A stretch of DNA of 25,158 nucleotides from IMG/VR virus record IMGVR_UViG_3300014613_000458, positions 1 to 25,158 of that record. The stretch is one strand, 5' to 3'. Position 1 is the first letter of the stretch. Each line of letters begins with the position of its first letter. The translations under genes were made by a program, and so were the position numbers. A model generated the notes under the pieces. The model saw nothing but the letters and a program-made list of their open reading frames with translations, searched no databases and was not told where the DNA came from. Source of the stretch: a virus (taxonomy: Duplodnaviria > Caudoviricetes). This document shows, piece after piece, positions 8,762-16,008 of the stretch.

Positions 8762-9718
8762 TTAAAATACCGTCTGAATTGAAACGGTTAATCCGTAAGT
8801 TCTCGTATCAGTATTAGTCCATGCGGTATCAATCTCATCGTCTTCCTTGCAGTCCAATCCACCATCCCATGTTCTGGCAAGGTCGGTAATACCAGCCATT
8901 GCTTCGCTTACAAGTAACTGGTCGTAGACATTGGCAAGTCTGCCAGCGTCAATAGTCACTGTAAGAGTTTGCTGTGTTGCAGCAGTGTTAAGATGGGTAA
9001 GATGACTGAGTAGTTTAAACGGAGTCTTTGGGGATACAGTGTGGGCAATAGCTGCCGCACCAGTGGCATATATCTGAACTGGTTGCTTATCGGCTTCACC
9101 TGGTTTTAATGGAATAGGAATACCGTTGAGTTTAATCTCAGCTATCCATACCTGGTCGAATGTCCCCGATGCTTCCCAACCCATTTCAAATGTAATACGG
9201 TAAATCACCCAGTCTTTGAAAAGCGGGTCTGCTTGGAACTGATCCCATGTATATCGTGTACCAGCAGTAAGGTCAGTTCCAGTCGTGCCTTCACCGTAGA
9301 AAAACATTTGGGTTACAGTCTGGTCGAATTCGTGGGCATTCCAACCTGCGGTTTTCTCAAGAGTTGCGATATTACCCGCTTGAGTTATCTCGGCACGTTT
9401 GTCAAAATCATCCGCATCGTGAACCCAGATAACCATGTTTGCACCCATTGTTTGTGTAGATGTCATGTAGTATGCCCATTGAGCATCGGTAAATGCCGTA
9501 ACAGGCATTTCGTTAACGGGGATGTAAACAGCAGCCCAGTCATTCCCATCCTGTACGCCAGCATGGAGACAGGGCATCCACCCTCCACCTTTTTGATTGT
9601 ATGGGGATACAGTTGGTCTCGCCCAATATGCGGTAGAGTTTCCATCTGCCCGTAATACCGGATGACCGAAGAGCCAACTAGCGTTATTGACATTCTTGAG
9701 AGCCTGTCGTTTTGCCAT
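8762..9718 (-). CDS. putative virion accessory protein with beta-sandwich/lectin-like domains, 318 aa
   Basis: ORF track; SD AAGGAG; Trp-rich beta pattern; located among fibre genes. Confidence 0.55.
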   Translation of the reverse strand: MAKRQALKNVNNASWLFGHPVLRADGNSTAYWARPTVSPYNQKGGGWMPCLHAGVQDGNDWAAVYIPVNEMPVTAFTDAQWAYYMTSTQTMGANMVIWVHDADDFDKRAEITQAGNIATLEKTAGWNAHEFDQTVTQMFFYGEGTTGTDLTAGTRYTWDQFQADPLFKDWVIYRITFEMGWEASGTFDQVWIAEIKLNGIPIPLKPGEADKQPVQIYATGAAAIAHTVSPKTPFKLLSHLTHLNTAATQQTLTVTIDAGRLANVYDQLLVSEAMAGITDLARTWDGGLDCKEDDEIDTAWTNTDTRTYGLTVSIQTVF

Positions 9719-9741
9719 GTAATTCTCCTTGAGTGCTTATT

Positions 9742-10368
9742 CTATTTTTTTGTTGTTTTCTTTTTATGAATTGGCTTTGTCTCTTGTTCCCCTTTATTCA
9801 TGTTCGTAGATGCCTGTTGCATTAAGAATCGCTGGAGTTCCCTGTCCTCCTGTCTTTCTCTCCGTATTCTTACATCTTCGATAGCCAACCATTCTTTCCT
9901 GTGCTTCTTCTGCATGTGCTGGGTGACTTCATACGTGTTGGTGAGATTGGATTTCGGGCAAACCCTCAATCCCATACTGTCATAAATACTGCGTTCTGGA
10001 CTGTCTGGATGTAACATGCACTTTAGGCTTCCCCTTACTGGAGGAACTTTCGGGTCGTTGGTTGTCCAGATATAAGACCCGTCTTCCCGTTTTCTCCTCA
10101 GAACAGCAGGAAGCATGTAGTATAGGACTGGGGCATATTCCCGTGTTCTTGTATCCCATACGCTGACATATCCCGCACTGGTCATCTCCTTAACTGTCAT
10201 TGGTGCTGGTTGGTCTGCATCACCTGCATGAACTACTGGATTACGTCTTAACTCATCATCTAGTTCTACGGACTGCGCATCCCTCAGCATCTCCTGTATT
10301 AAGGATTCATTGTTCTGTGCCTCTGGAGTCTTCTCTACTCCAGTTGTAAGTGTTTCATTCTCAGCCAT
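9742..10368 (-). CDS. hypothetical protein with C2H2-like zinc-finger motif, 208 aa
   Basis: KCMLH...VCPKSNLTNTYEVTQHMQKKH; SD AAGGAGG; basic C-terminal tail. Confidence 0.65.
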   Translation of the reverse strand: MAENETLTTGVEKTPEAQNNESLIQEMLRDAQSVELDDELRRNPVVHAGDADQPAPMTVKEMTSAGYVSVWDTRTREYAPVLYYMLPAVLRRKREDGSYIWTTNDPKVPPVRGSLKCMLHPDSPERSIYDSMGLRVCPKSNLTNTYEVTQHMQKKHRKEWLAIEDVRIRRERQEDRELQRFLMQQASTNMNKGEQETKPIHKKKTTKK

Positions 10369-10398
10369 TTTTTCCTCCTTCGGCTATTTTGTTTTCAC

Positions 10399-10719
10399 TT
10401 ATTCAAACTTAGCATTGTCTAATTCAAGCCAATCCTTGACATCTATATTAGTCTCATACCTGAGTGCTATGGCTAACTCAATCAATTCTTCTACCGAGTG
10501 TTCCCATAACGAAGGGATATTGATTTGCCTGATACCCTTCCATTTCTTTGCGTCACCTAAATCCTCACGGTATATGGCTATTTCGCCATCACGATTTACC
10601 CCTATATCACGGTATCTTCGAAACCCTTTCGAGCCAGGAGACTGCGCATGATACTCTTGTAAAGCCCATGCCTTCTCATTTACATCCACCACTTGGGTGA
10701 ATATTTTTAAGGTACTCAT
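10399..10719 (-). CDS. hypothetical protein, 106 aa
   Basis: ORF track; SD GGAGG. Confidence 0.75.
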   Translation of the reverse strand: MSTLKIFTQVVDVNEKAWALQEYHAQSPGSKGFRRYRDIGVNRDGEIAIYREDLGDAKKWKGIRQINIPSLWEHSVEELIELAIALRYETNIDVKDWLELDNAKFE

Positions 10720-10740
10720 AACTTGCCCTCCATCAAACTA

Positions 10741-10809
10741 TTTTTTCCTGCATGGCAGGGCTGTTAAGCCCCACCACACAGGCGGAGGGTTCCCGCCCCG
10801 AAGGGCAGG
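10741..10809 (-). other. structured intergenic RNA: C(UUCG)G hairpin plus a 16-bp G-U-rich hairpin
   Basis: Minus strand CCTGCCC-TTCG-GGGCGGG, then CCTGTGTGGTGGGGCT-TAAC-AGCCCTGCCATGCAGG with four G-U pairs, followed by A6. Confidence 0.65.
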
Positions 10810-11223
10810 CTACCCTATTTCAACAAACTCGACCAATGCCTTCAGAATTTCAGGCTTAATGGTAATGTCCTCTGGAAGTCTTATTTTCTTGAAGCTAAGG
10901 TCTTCCGTCTTCGCTTCCAGAAGCTCACTGAACTTCTCCATAAAAGCCTGAAGATTTTCAGTCTTTAACTTATTGGTCGCTTCCTCGTTATCACCTTCAA
11001 TGGTGCAGATAAACTGAATAGTCCCTTCAGTTTCCCCAGCCTGAGCTTTAACTGAGTATTTCTTGTATAGATTGCTCAAGACTGTACTGTAAGCCTTTGC
11101 CTGAACATCGACCATATTAGAAATGATAGCCGTGTCCAGACTGGCTTTGATGGGTAAGTCTAACTCCATCAATCTTGCCAAAGCCCTTTGCGTTTCTAGT
11201 GCCTCCATGTTTGTAAGTCTCAT
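10810..11223 (-). CDS. fibre-associated helical protein (DUF1617-like by recalled pattern), 137 aa
   Basis: MRLTN...LMELDLPIKAS...KKY...FSELLE...IKPEILKALVEFVE pattern seen in proteins next to phage fibre genes; SD AAGGAGG. Confidence 0.55.
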   Translation of the reverse strand: MRLTNMEALETQRALARLMELDLPIKASLDTAIISNMVDVQAKAYSTVLSNLYKKYSVKAQAGETEGTIQFICTIEGDNEEATNKLKTENLQAFMEKFSELLEAKTEDLSFKKIRLPEDITIKPEILKALVEFVEIG

Positions 11224-11244
11224 ACTACCCTCCTTTTATTTTTC

Positions 11245-11274
11245 GGCGGTGATTAAGGCTCGCCGCCAAGCCTT
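11245..11274 (-). other. pseudoknot-capable intergenic element, copy B
   Basis: AAGGCTTGGCGGCGAGCCTTAATCACCGCC: AAGGC/GCCTT plus GGCGGCGA/TCACCGCC (one mismatch). Confidence 0.55.
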
Positions 11275-11279
11275 GAAGT

Positions 11280-13166
11280 TTAACCGCTAACTAAGAATAT
11301 CCACCGAATACCAACACCAGGGATGTAGACCCTTAGCCCGCCATAACCTGTACCAGTAGTGATAGAGTTATCAATGAATTTACCACTACCAACTGTCAAG
11401 GCATCCCCAAGAGTGAGGAAATTTGCATCTGTATCTATGATAGATGCAACCCCTGTCCCACCACCATTGCAGTAGAAGAATGAAGTCGCCGTTCCTGTAC
11501 TAGCCCCAGTATCAGAGACAAGTTCGGCTTCAATCGCTGCGTAGTTGCCTGATGTAGTCCCAGCCGAGAGTTTAAGCTCAGCACAGAATGAAGACCCTAA
11601 ACCAGTAGTTCTACCCGAAGACCCATAAACCATATCTGATTTTAGTGCATTAGACCAACTCCCAAGAGCAACATCGGCTGTCATGTAGAATCTAGCACGT
11701 CCACCAACCTGACCTATACCTGTTAATGTAGTAGAGACTAAGAATGGTTCGGCACTAGTACCAACTGCGCCAGCACAAGTTGAGTAAAGTTCGAAGATTG
11801 GAGCACCAGCCGTTAAGACGAGTGGAGTTCCAGTTAAACCTATGTCTATTTTAGAAAGCCCCGTGAAGGAAAGTGTCCCAGCACTGGCATCCCATAGCAT
11901 TGAATCGCCAGCAGTCTGCCCGTAGAATCTAACATCCACACCGTAGTCATCTACACCAAAGTCCCATGACCCATTTGTATCAGTAGTTGGATTCCAGACC
12001 ACATAGTAACCAGTTACGTCACCGTACCAGGTGGTCATAATGCCTTCGGTATCCGCTCCGAAATACCACGCCCCGTCCGTGTCGCCATTGGCATCCCAGA
12101 AGATGAAACGTCCAGCGTTTGCTCCGTGGAATTTAACATCTGCACCAGTTCCATCCGCACCAACGATGAGGTTAAGTGTAACACCAAGCCCACCATCGGT
12201 TTGAATAGAACCAGTAAGATTAGTTGTTGAGTCAGTAGTCCCGTTTACTATAAACTGAGTTGCAGTTCCATTTAAGATTAAATCATCAGTACTCTGATCC
12301 CATTTCATGGAGCAGGTGTTAGTAGCTCCATAACAAATAAGATCAACACCCTGGTTGCCACCAGCAGTACCAATGTTTAAAGTGCCCTGATCGCTGTCAC
12401 CCTGGGCATCCCAGAATATACCGCAACCAGTAACGATACCATAAAAGTTTACGTCTACACCCTTTGTGTTGGCACCGAAATACCACGTCCCATTAGTGCC
12501 TCCACTTGGGTCCCATTTAACATAGTATCCAGTCGTGTCGCCATACCAAGTCGTCATAATACCCTTGGTATCCGCTCCGAAATACCACGCCCCGTTTGTG
12601 TCTCCATCAACGTCAAACCAGACTTTATAGGAAGCCGTAGTACCCCAAAGCGTAAGGTCTCCAGAAGGAGTACCAGAAGCTCCCATTGTCAATGCCCCAC
12701 CAACCATAGTTAGAAGGCTTGAAGAATGTGTGATTGTGACATCGGTGTTATCAAAGTAGATAACTCCGCCACTTGCCAGGAATAGGTCGCTCCACATCAA
12801 AGCAGATGTGCCCAAAGCTGCCCCATTAGTTGTAGTTGGTGATACTGCACTTCCAGAGATAGAAACCTCTGAAGTACCTGCTACAAGAATTTGAACAGTA
12901 GTTGCCCCAACACCATCAATGTACGCATTAGTAGCATCATGGTACATCTTTATATATTCGGTTGCAGGATTTGTTGCGCTATGAAGATATACTGTGGGAT
13001 GCGTAGCTACCGCTACTGCCCAATCAGTTCCTACATCTCCAGGTTCACAAATGTGAAGTTGTTTACTATAATTGTCAACAACCAGAGCTAACGCAGGGAC
13101 ATCTTCGTTCCCTACAGTCCACTTAAAACCCTTAAAACTTACATGCTGATTATCGCCGTCACCCAT
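11280..13166 (-). CDS. repeat-rich fibre protein (head or tail fibre), 628 aa
   Basis: About seven G-x-[DM]-x-x-[FWC]-[YH]-G...W-[DN] repeats; Gly/Thr/Asp-rich; SD AAGGAG. Confidence 0.65.
   Translation of the reverse strand: MGDGDNQHVSFKGFKWTVGNEDVPALALVVDNYSKQLHICEPGDVGTDWAVAVATHPTVYLHSATNPATEYIKMYHDATNAYIDGVGATTVQILVAGTSEVSISGSAVSPTTTNGAALGTSALMWSDLFLASGGVIYFDNTDVTITHSSSLLTMVGGALTMGASGTPSGDLTLWGTTASYKVWFDVDGDTNGAWYFGADTKGIMTTWYGDTTGYYVKWDPSGGTNGTWYFGANTKGVDVNFYGIVTGCGIFWDAQGDSDQGTLNIGTAGGNQGVDLICYGATNTCSMKWDQSTDDLILNGTATQFIVNGTTDSTTNLTGSIQTDGGLGVTLNLIVGADGTGADVKFHGANAGRFIFWDANGDTDGAWYFGADTEGIMTTWYGDVTGYYVVWNPTTDTNGSWDFGVDDYGVDVRFYGQTAGDSMLWDASAGTLSFTGLSKIDIGLTGTPLVLTAGAPIFELYSTCAGAVGTSAEPFLVSTTLTGIGQVGGRARFYMTADVALGSWSNALKSDMVYGSSGRTTGLGSSFCAELKLSAGTTSGNYAAIEAELVSDTGASTGTATSFFYCNGGGTGVASIIDTDANFLTLGDALTVGSGKFIDNSITTGTGYGGLRVYIPGVGIRWIFLVSG
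12048..12595. repeat. 29-bp perfect direct repeat GGTATCCGCTCCGAAATACCACGCCCCGT at 12048-12076 and 12567-12595
   Basis: Read directly. Offset 519 bp (173 codons, in frame); a 13-bp partial copy at 12475-12487. Confidence 0.9.
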
Positions 13167-13211
13167 TGTTTACTCCTTAGCCGAAAAGTCGGCACTTGAT
13201 AAGTTTATTTG

Positions 13212-13243
13212 GGGAGTGTTTTCAGGCACACTCCCTGAAGCCT
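13212..13243 (-). other. pseudoknot-capable intergenic element, copy A
   Basis: AGGCTTCAGGGAGTGTGCCTGAAAACACTCCC: AGGC/GCCT plus GGGAGTGT/ACACTCCC. Confidence 0.55.
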
Positions 13244-13250
13244 CTAAATT

Positions 13251-13949
13251 TTAAGTAGCTGAACGACCTTTTGCGACATAGAGATAGTCCAGATCAATGT
13301 CAAGTGCTGTCCCCTGTTCGTAATTCATAACACATGGGACTAAGTCAACCGCACCGACCAGCACACTAGAGCTCTCTTTCCTATATACCTCTTCACCATC
13401 TACATACCACACAGCCGATTTTCGGTCAAGTGATAGATAGCAACCGAGTGTTATTGGCGTTAACGCTACAGGATTATATGCTGAACCAAGAGCTTCTGCT
13501 ACCGTAACACTGTCAGACGCAGCCGCTACACACCATAGAGTCTTTGTGGTGGCATCTTGATCGAAGAAGATGCCAATAGAGTCAGACTGCGTGCCAATAG
13601 CTGTGACATCAGCAGGGTTATCCCACATAGTTTCATCAGTTGAAGGCAGACTATCGCCAAACCCAACAAAGTATCTATTGTCGGTAAGGGCTGATAGAAT
13701 TATTCTAGCCTCCATCTTCAGGTATCCATCGCCTGCTGTGAAGTTAAGGTTAAAACCAACACCAGCTTTATCATCATCATCGGTAGTGCCTGTGCTAATC
13801 TCAATTCTTCCATCAGCAGCGTTTGCCCTGACTTCAGTGGCTCCAGTGTCTGTAACAGCAATGTAATCTACCTCTGGTAAATCAGCAATCGCCGTAACTA
13901 AAAAGTCCTCGAATTTCCTTACTTCTCCAAATGAAGTATCACTAGGCAT
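13251..13949 (-). CDS. probable capsid decoration/cement protein (jelly-roll/lectin-like), 232 aa
   Basis: Directly downstream of the capsid gene; FEDF start and WYVDG...LDIDLDYLYV end typical of ConA-like folds; SD AGGAGG. Confidence 0.55.
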   Translation of the reverse strand: MPSDTSFGEVRKFEDFLVTAIADLPEVDYIAVTDTGATEVRANAADGRIEISTGTTDDDDKAGVGFNLNFTAGDGYLKMEARIILSALTDNRYFVGFGDSLPSTDETMWDNPADVTAIGTQSDSIGIFFDQDATTKTLWCVAAASDSVTVAEALGSAYNPVALTPITLGCYLSLDRKSAVWYVDGEEVYRKESSSVLVGAVDLVPCVMNYEQGTALDIDLDYLYVAKGRSAT

Positions 13950-13998
13950 TTTTTCTCCTCCTGCTGTACTCTTTCGTACACTAACAGAATTTTATTTT

Positions 13999-14874
13999 CT
14001 AACTTGTTGGGGCTGTCGCATCACTCTTGATTAGATAAACCCAGTTGGACAATCTCTGCCCATAGGCATACTCATCATAGTGATAGATGTGTTCCCCACC
14101 ACCACCACGCTTCTCGTTCCTTACGGATACGATTCGTGGAGCACGACCTTGAACTAATATGATTCCGTCCATTGCGAATACGCCAGCCTGGGCATCACCG
14201 CCTGAATCAATGGTAATGTTGCCATCTTCGTATACCTCCGCACCCGCTACCGGAAGTTTGAATCCACTTTGGTAGACAGTAGCAGTCGGGCCAGCATCAA
14301 CAACGTAAGTTCCAACACCAGCCACTAGTTCGTCATAGAGGTCTTTCAACTGGAAACCATGAGCCACAAACCTGATAGGTTTCTTGCCAGGTTCGGTTGT
14401 GTTACTGGTAATGTTGTAAGCAGCAGCAGCAACATGCCCTGAAGTCAATGTTACACCCGCACCAGGGGATGCAGTTGTAGAAGCACTGGCGAATAATGTC
14501 AACCCATCGGTACCTTTCTTGCGCTGAATAGCGTTCTGAGCAAGACCCCCGATTTTACTTAGACCTATTTTAGTTATGCGTGCTTTAACCCTATCAGTTA
14601 CAAAGGTCTCAATACCAACAACAGTTGGCGTGATGGTAATTACCGAGTCGGCAATTTCCTGTGGGTTTTCAAGAACAGTGGTTTCTGTGATTGCCTGAGC
14701 AGTTAACTGGTCATATTTAATTTCCAACCAAGAGTTCCCGATACCCTCACCGAGAGTTTGCTTTTCTACCAGTTGGGGCATAACGCCCTCAAACTCACGG
14801 ACTATTCTTGCTGAAGAACGGACACTATCCAGACTATCAGCAAGGGATGAAGTAATAGTATCTCCACTAGCCAT
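13999..14874 (-). CDS. major capsid protein (HK97-fold expected), 291 aa
   Basis: Follows the scaffold-like gene; E-loop-like LTAQAITETTVL...ITITPTVVG, backbone helix (GGLAQNAIQRKKGTDGL), C-terminal YAYG; SD AAGGAG. Confidence 0.8.
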   Translation of the reverse strand: MASGDTITSSLADSLDSVRSSARIVREFEGVMPQLVEKQTLGEGIGNSWLEIKYDQLTAQAITETTVLENPQEIADSVITITPTVVGIETFVTDRVKARITKIGLSKIGGLAQNAIQRKKGTDGLTLFASASTTASPGAGVTLTSGHVAAAAYNITSNTTEPGKKPIRFVAHGFQLKDLYDELVAGVGTYVVDAGPTATVYQSGFKLPVAGAEVYEDGNITIDSGGDAQAGVFAMDGIILVQGRAPRIVSVRNEKRGGGGEHIYHYDEYAYGQRLSNWVYLIKSDATAPTS

Positions 14875-14883
14875 ATTATCTCC

Positions 14884-15603
14884 TTATGAGACCAGACCTA
14901 ATTTCTTAGCTCGGTCATAATTTACTTTTGTTCTTATGTCAACACTTCCGTCAGCAACTTCCTTTATGAAAGCCTCATCTGAATTGTTGGCCACTCCAAA
15001 CCCTCCCTTGTTCGTTGTGTCTACAGAATCAAGACCTAAATCCTTCCTTAAATTAGCCTCCAGTTCTTTAAACTGATTAGTCAAAGCCTCTTTCTCCTTT
15101 ACCCGATTCTCACCTACAATACTCGAAACAGATTTACTCCACCTGTTTCGCCCTGTTATAAAATCGGTTGCGTCTTCAGCCCAGTCAATACGGGAATCAT
15201 TTGGGTCAACACCCAAATCTTTTGCTTCTTGTGTTAACTGTTCTTTTAATTGATTAACAAAGACTTCCTGTTGCTGTCTCTGTTTCTCTTCGGCTTCGAC
15301 TTGTAAGCGTGATTGGTCTCGATACCTGAGTTCTGCCAGTTCGACAGTCTGATTGATATTCCCCTGTTCTGGGTCAAAGTTCTGCAAACTAGCTTTAATC
15401 GCATCTGCTGCGGAATCCTGCCTTACAGCCCTCTGTATACGTGCAATCTCGGCATCCTTGATTCCCTGCATCTCCCGCCTGCCAACATCTTTGGCTTTGG
15501 TAGTTGCTTCTAAAATCATTTGTTGCACTCTTTCTTCAGTCAAAGGTTGTGGTGAAGGGGTCTCCTCTACGGGAACCTGCTCCTGCGAAACGATTTGTTC
15601 CAT
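14884..15603 (-). CDS. capsid scaffolding protein, 239 aa
   Basis: Acidic, E/Q-rich coiled coil immediately upstream of the capsid gene; SD AAGGAGGAG. Confidence 0.75.
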   Translation of the reverse strand: MEQIVSQEQVPVEETPSPQPLTEERVQQMILEATTKAKDVGRREMQGIKDAEIARIQRAVRQDSAADAIKASLQNFDPEQGNINQTVELAELRYRDQSRLQVEAEEKQRQQQEVFVNQLKEQLTQEAKDLGVDPNDSRIDWAEDATDFITGRNRWSKSVSSIVGENRVKEKEALTNQFKELEANLRKDLGLDSVDTTNKGGFGVANNSDEAFIKEVADGSVDIRTKVNYDRAKKLGLVS

Positions 15604-15620
15604 TTCTCCTCCTTTAAAAT

Positions 15621-15667
15621 AAAAAAACCGATATTCTCGGCTTCCTAAAAGCTCACAAAAATATCGG
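15621..15667 (-). terminator. intrinsic terminator/attenuator in the scaffold leader
   Basis: CCGATATTTTT / GAGAATATCGG 11-bp stem followed by T7, ending 17 nt before the scaffold ATG. Confidence 0.75.
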
Positions 15668-15683
15668 CTATCTAATAGCTCAC
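15637..15683 (-). promoter_or_regulatory. tandem 20-nt hairpin repeats GTGAGCT(A/T)TTAG(AT/GA)AGCCGA
   Basis: Units at 15683-15664 and 15656-15637 are 17/20 identical; all three differences preserve base pairing. Confidence 0.8.
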
Positions 15684-15707
15684 TTATTCAGTTGTAAACG
15701 TACTACG

Positions 15708-15875
15708 TTATTCTACCACACCTTGTCTAGTTTCTGCAACTATTAATTTCTGATGTCGGAATACATGATGACGATGACACTTTGAGCGCCAGCATCTTAT
15801 CTCTACCTTATCCTCTAAATCACGTCCGAGGATAGTGTTGCATGAGTCGCAACGAAGATAACCATTGGAGTCTAT
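15708..15875 (-). CDS. Mu Com-like zinc-ribbon protein, about 55 aa (IDSNGYLRCDSCNTILGRDLEDKVEIRCWRSKCHRHHVFRHQKLIVAETRQGVVE)
   Basis: Hand-translated; not in the ORF track. RCxxCNxxL...VEIxCxxxxC signature. No ATG/GTG/TTG precedes the motif in this frame, so the start is uncertain (ATA 15875, ACG 15878, or frameshift). Confidence 0.7.
   Translation of the reverse strand: MDSNGYLRCDSCNTILGRDLEDKVEIRCWRSKCHRHHVFRHQKLIVAETRQGVVE
15710..15739 (-). promoter_or_regulatory. sigma70-type promoter for the scaffold/capsid leader
   Basis: TTGCAG - 18 bp - TAGAAT with an extended -10 (TG-n), inside the 3' end of the Com-like ORF. Confidence 0.55.
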
Positions 15876-16000
15876 CGTTTTTTAGTTCCTTTTAACTTTC
15901 CCTTATTAACAGAAGCATAAAAGACTTCTTTGCCTTTCTTTTCTCCGTAATCCTTTTTCATACTGGCAAGTACCTTTTTCCCTTTATCTGTAAGTGGCAT
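15872..16000 (-). CDS. small basic protein, 42 aa (MPLTDKGKKVLASMKKDYGEKKGKEVFYASVNKGKLKGTKKR)
   Basis: Hand-translated; not in the ORF track. SD GGAGGTG. The MPLTxKGKK...YG.KKG..VFYAS.NKG pattern recalls a recurrent tiny podovirus protein of unknown function. Confidence 0.85.
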   Translation of the reverse strand: MPLTDKGKKVLASMKKDYGEKKGKEVFYASVNKGKLKGTKKR

Positions 16001-16008
16001 CTCACCTC

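Noticed and set aside
8086-8817. 243-aa plus-strand ORF and the other plus-strand ORFs of the track (for example 737-937, 2039-2392, 9233-9655, 24217-24657)
   Set aside because: Antisense shadows of well-supported minus-strand genes with typical shadow composition (Val/Pro/Ile/Ser-rich) and no convincing SD.
12010-12610. Possible diversity-generating retroelement TR/VR pair
   Set aside because: Mismatches between the copies are not adenine-specific (many synonymous T/C and G/C changes), both copies are coding and mid-gene, and no reverse transcriptase is in the window.
13166-13253. Pseudoknot-stimulated stop-codon readthrough fusing the 232-aa and 628-aa genes
   Set aside because: The genes are in frame, but a second TAA lies two codons before the ATG; readthrough at copy B also meets a stop after 8 codons.
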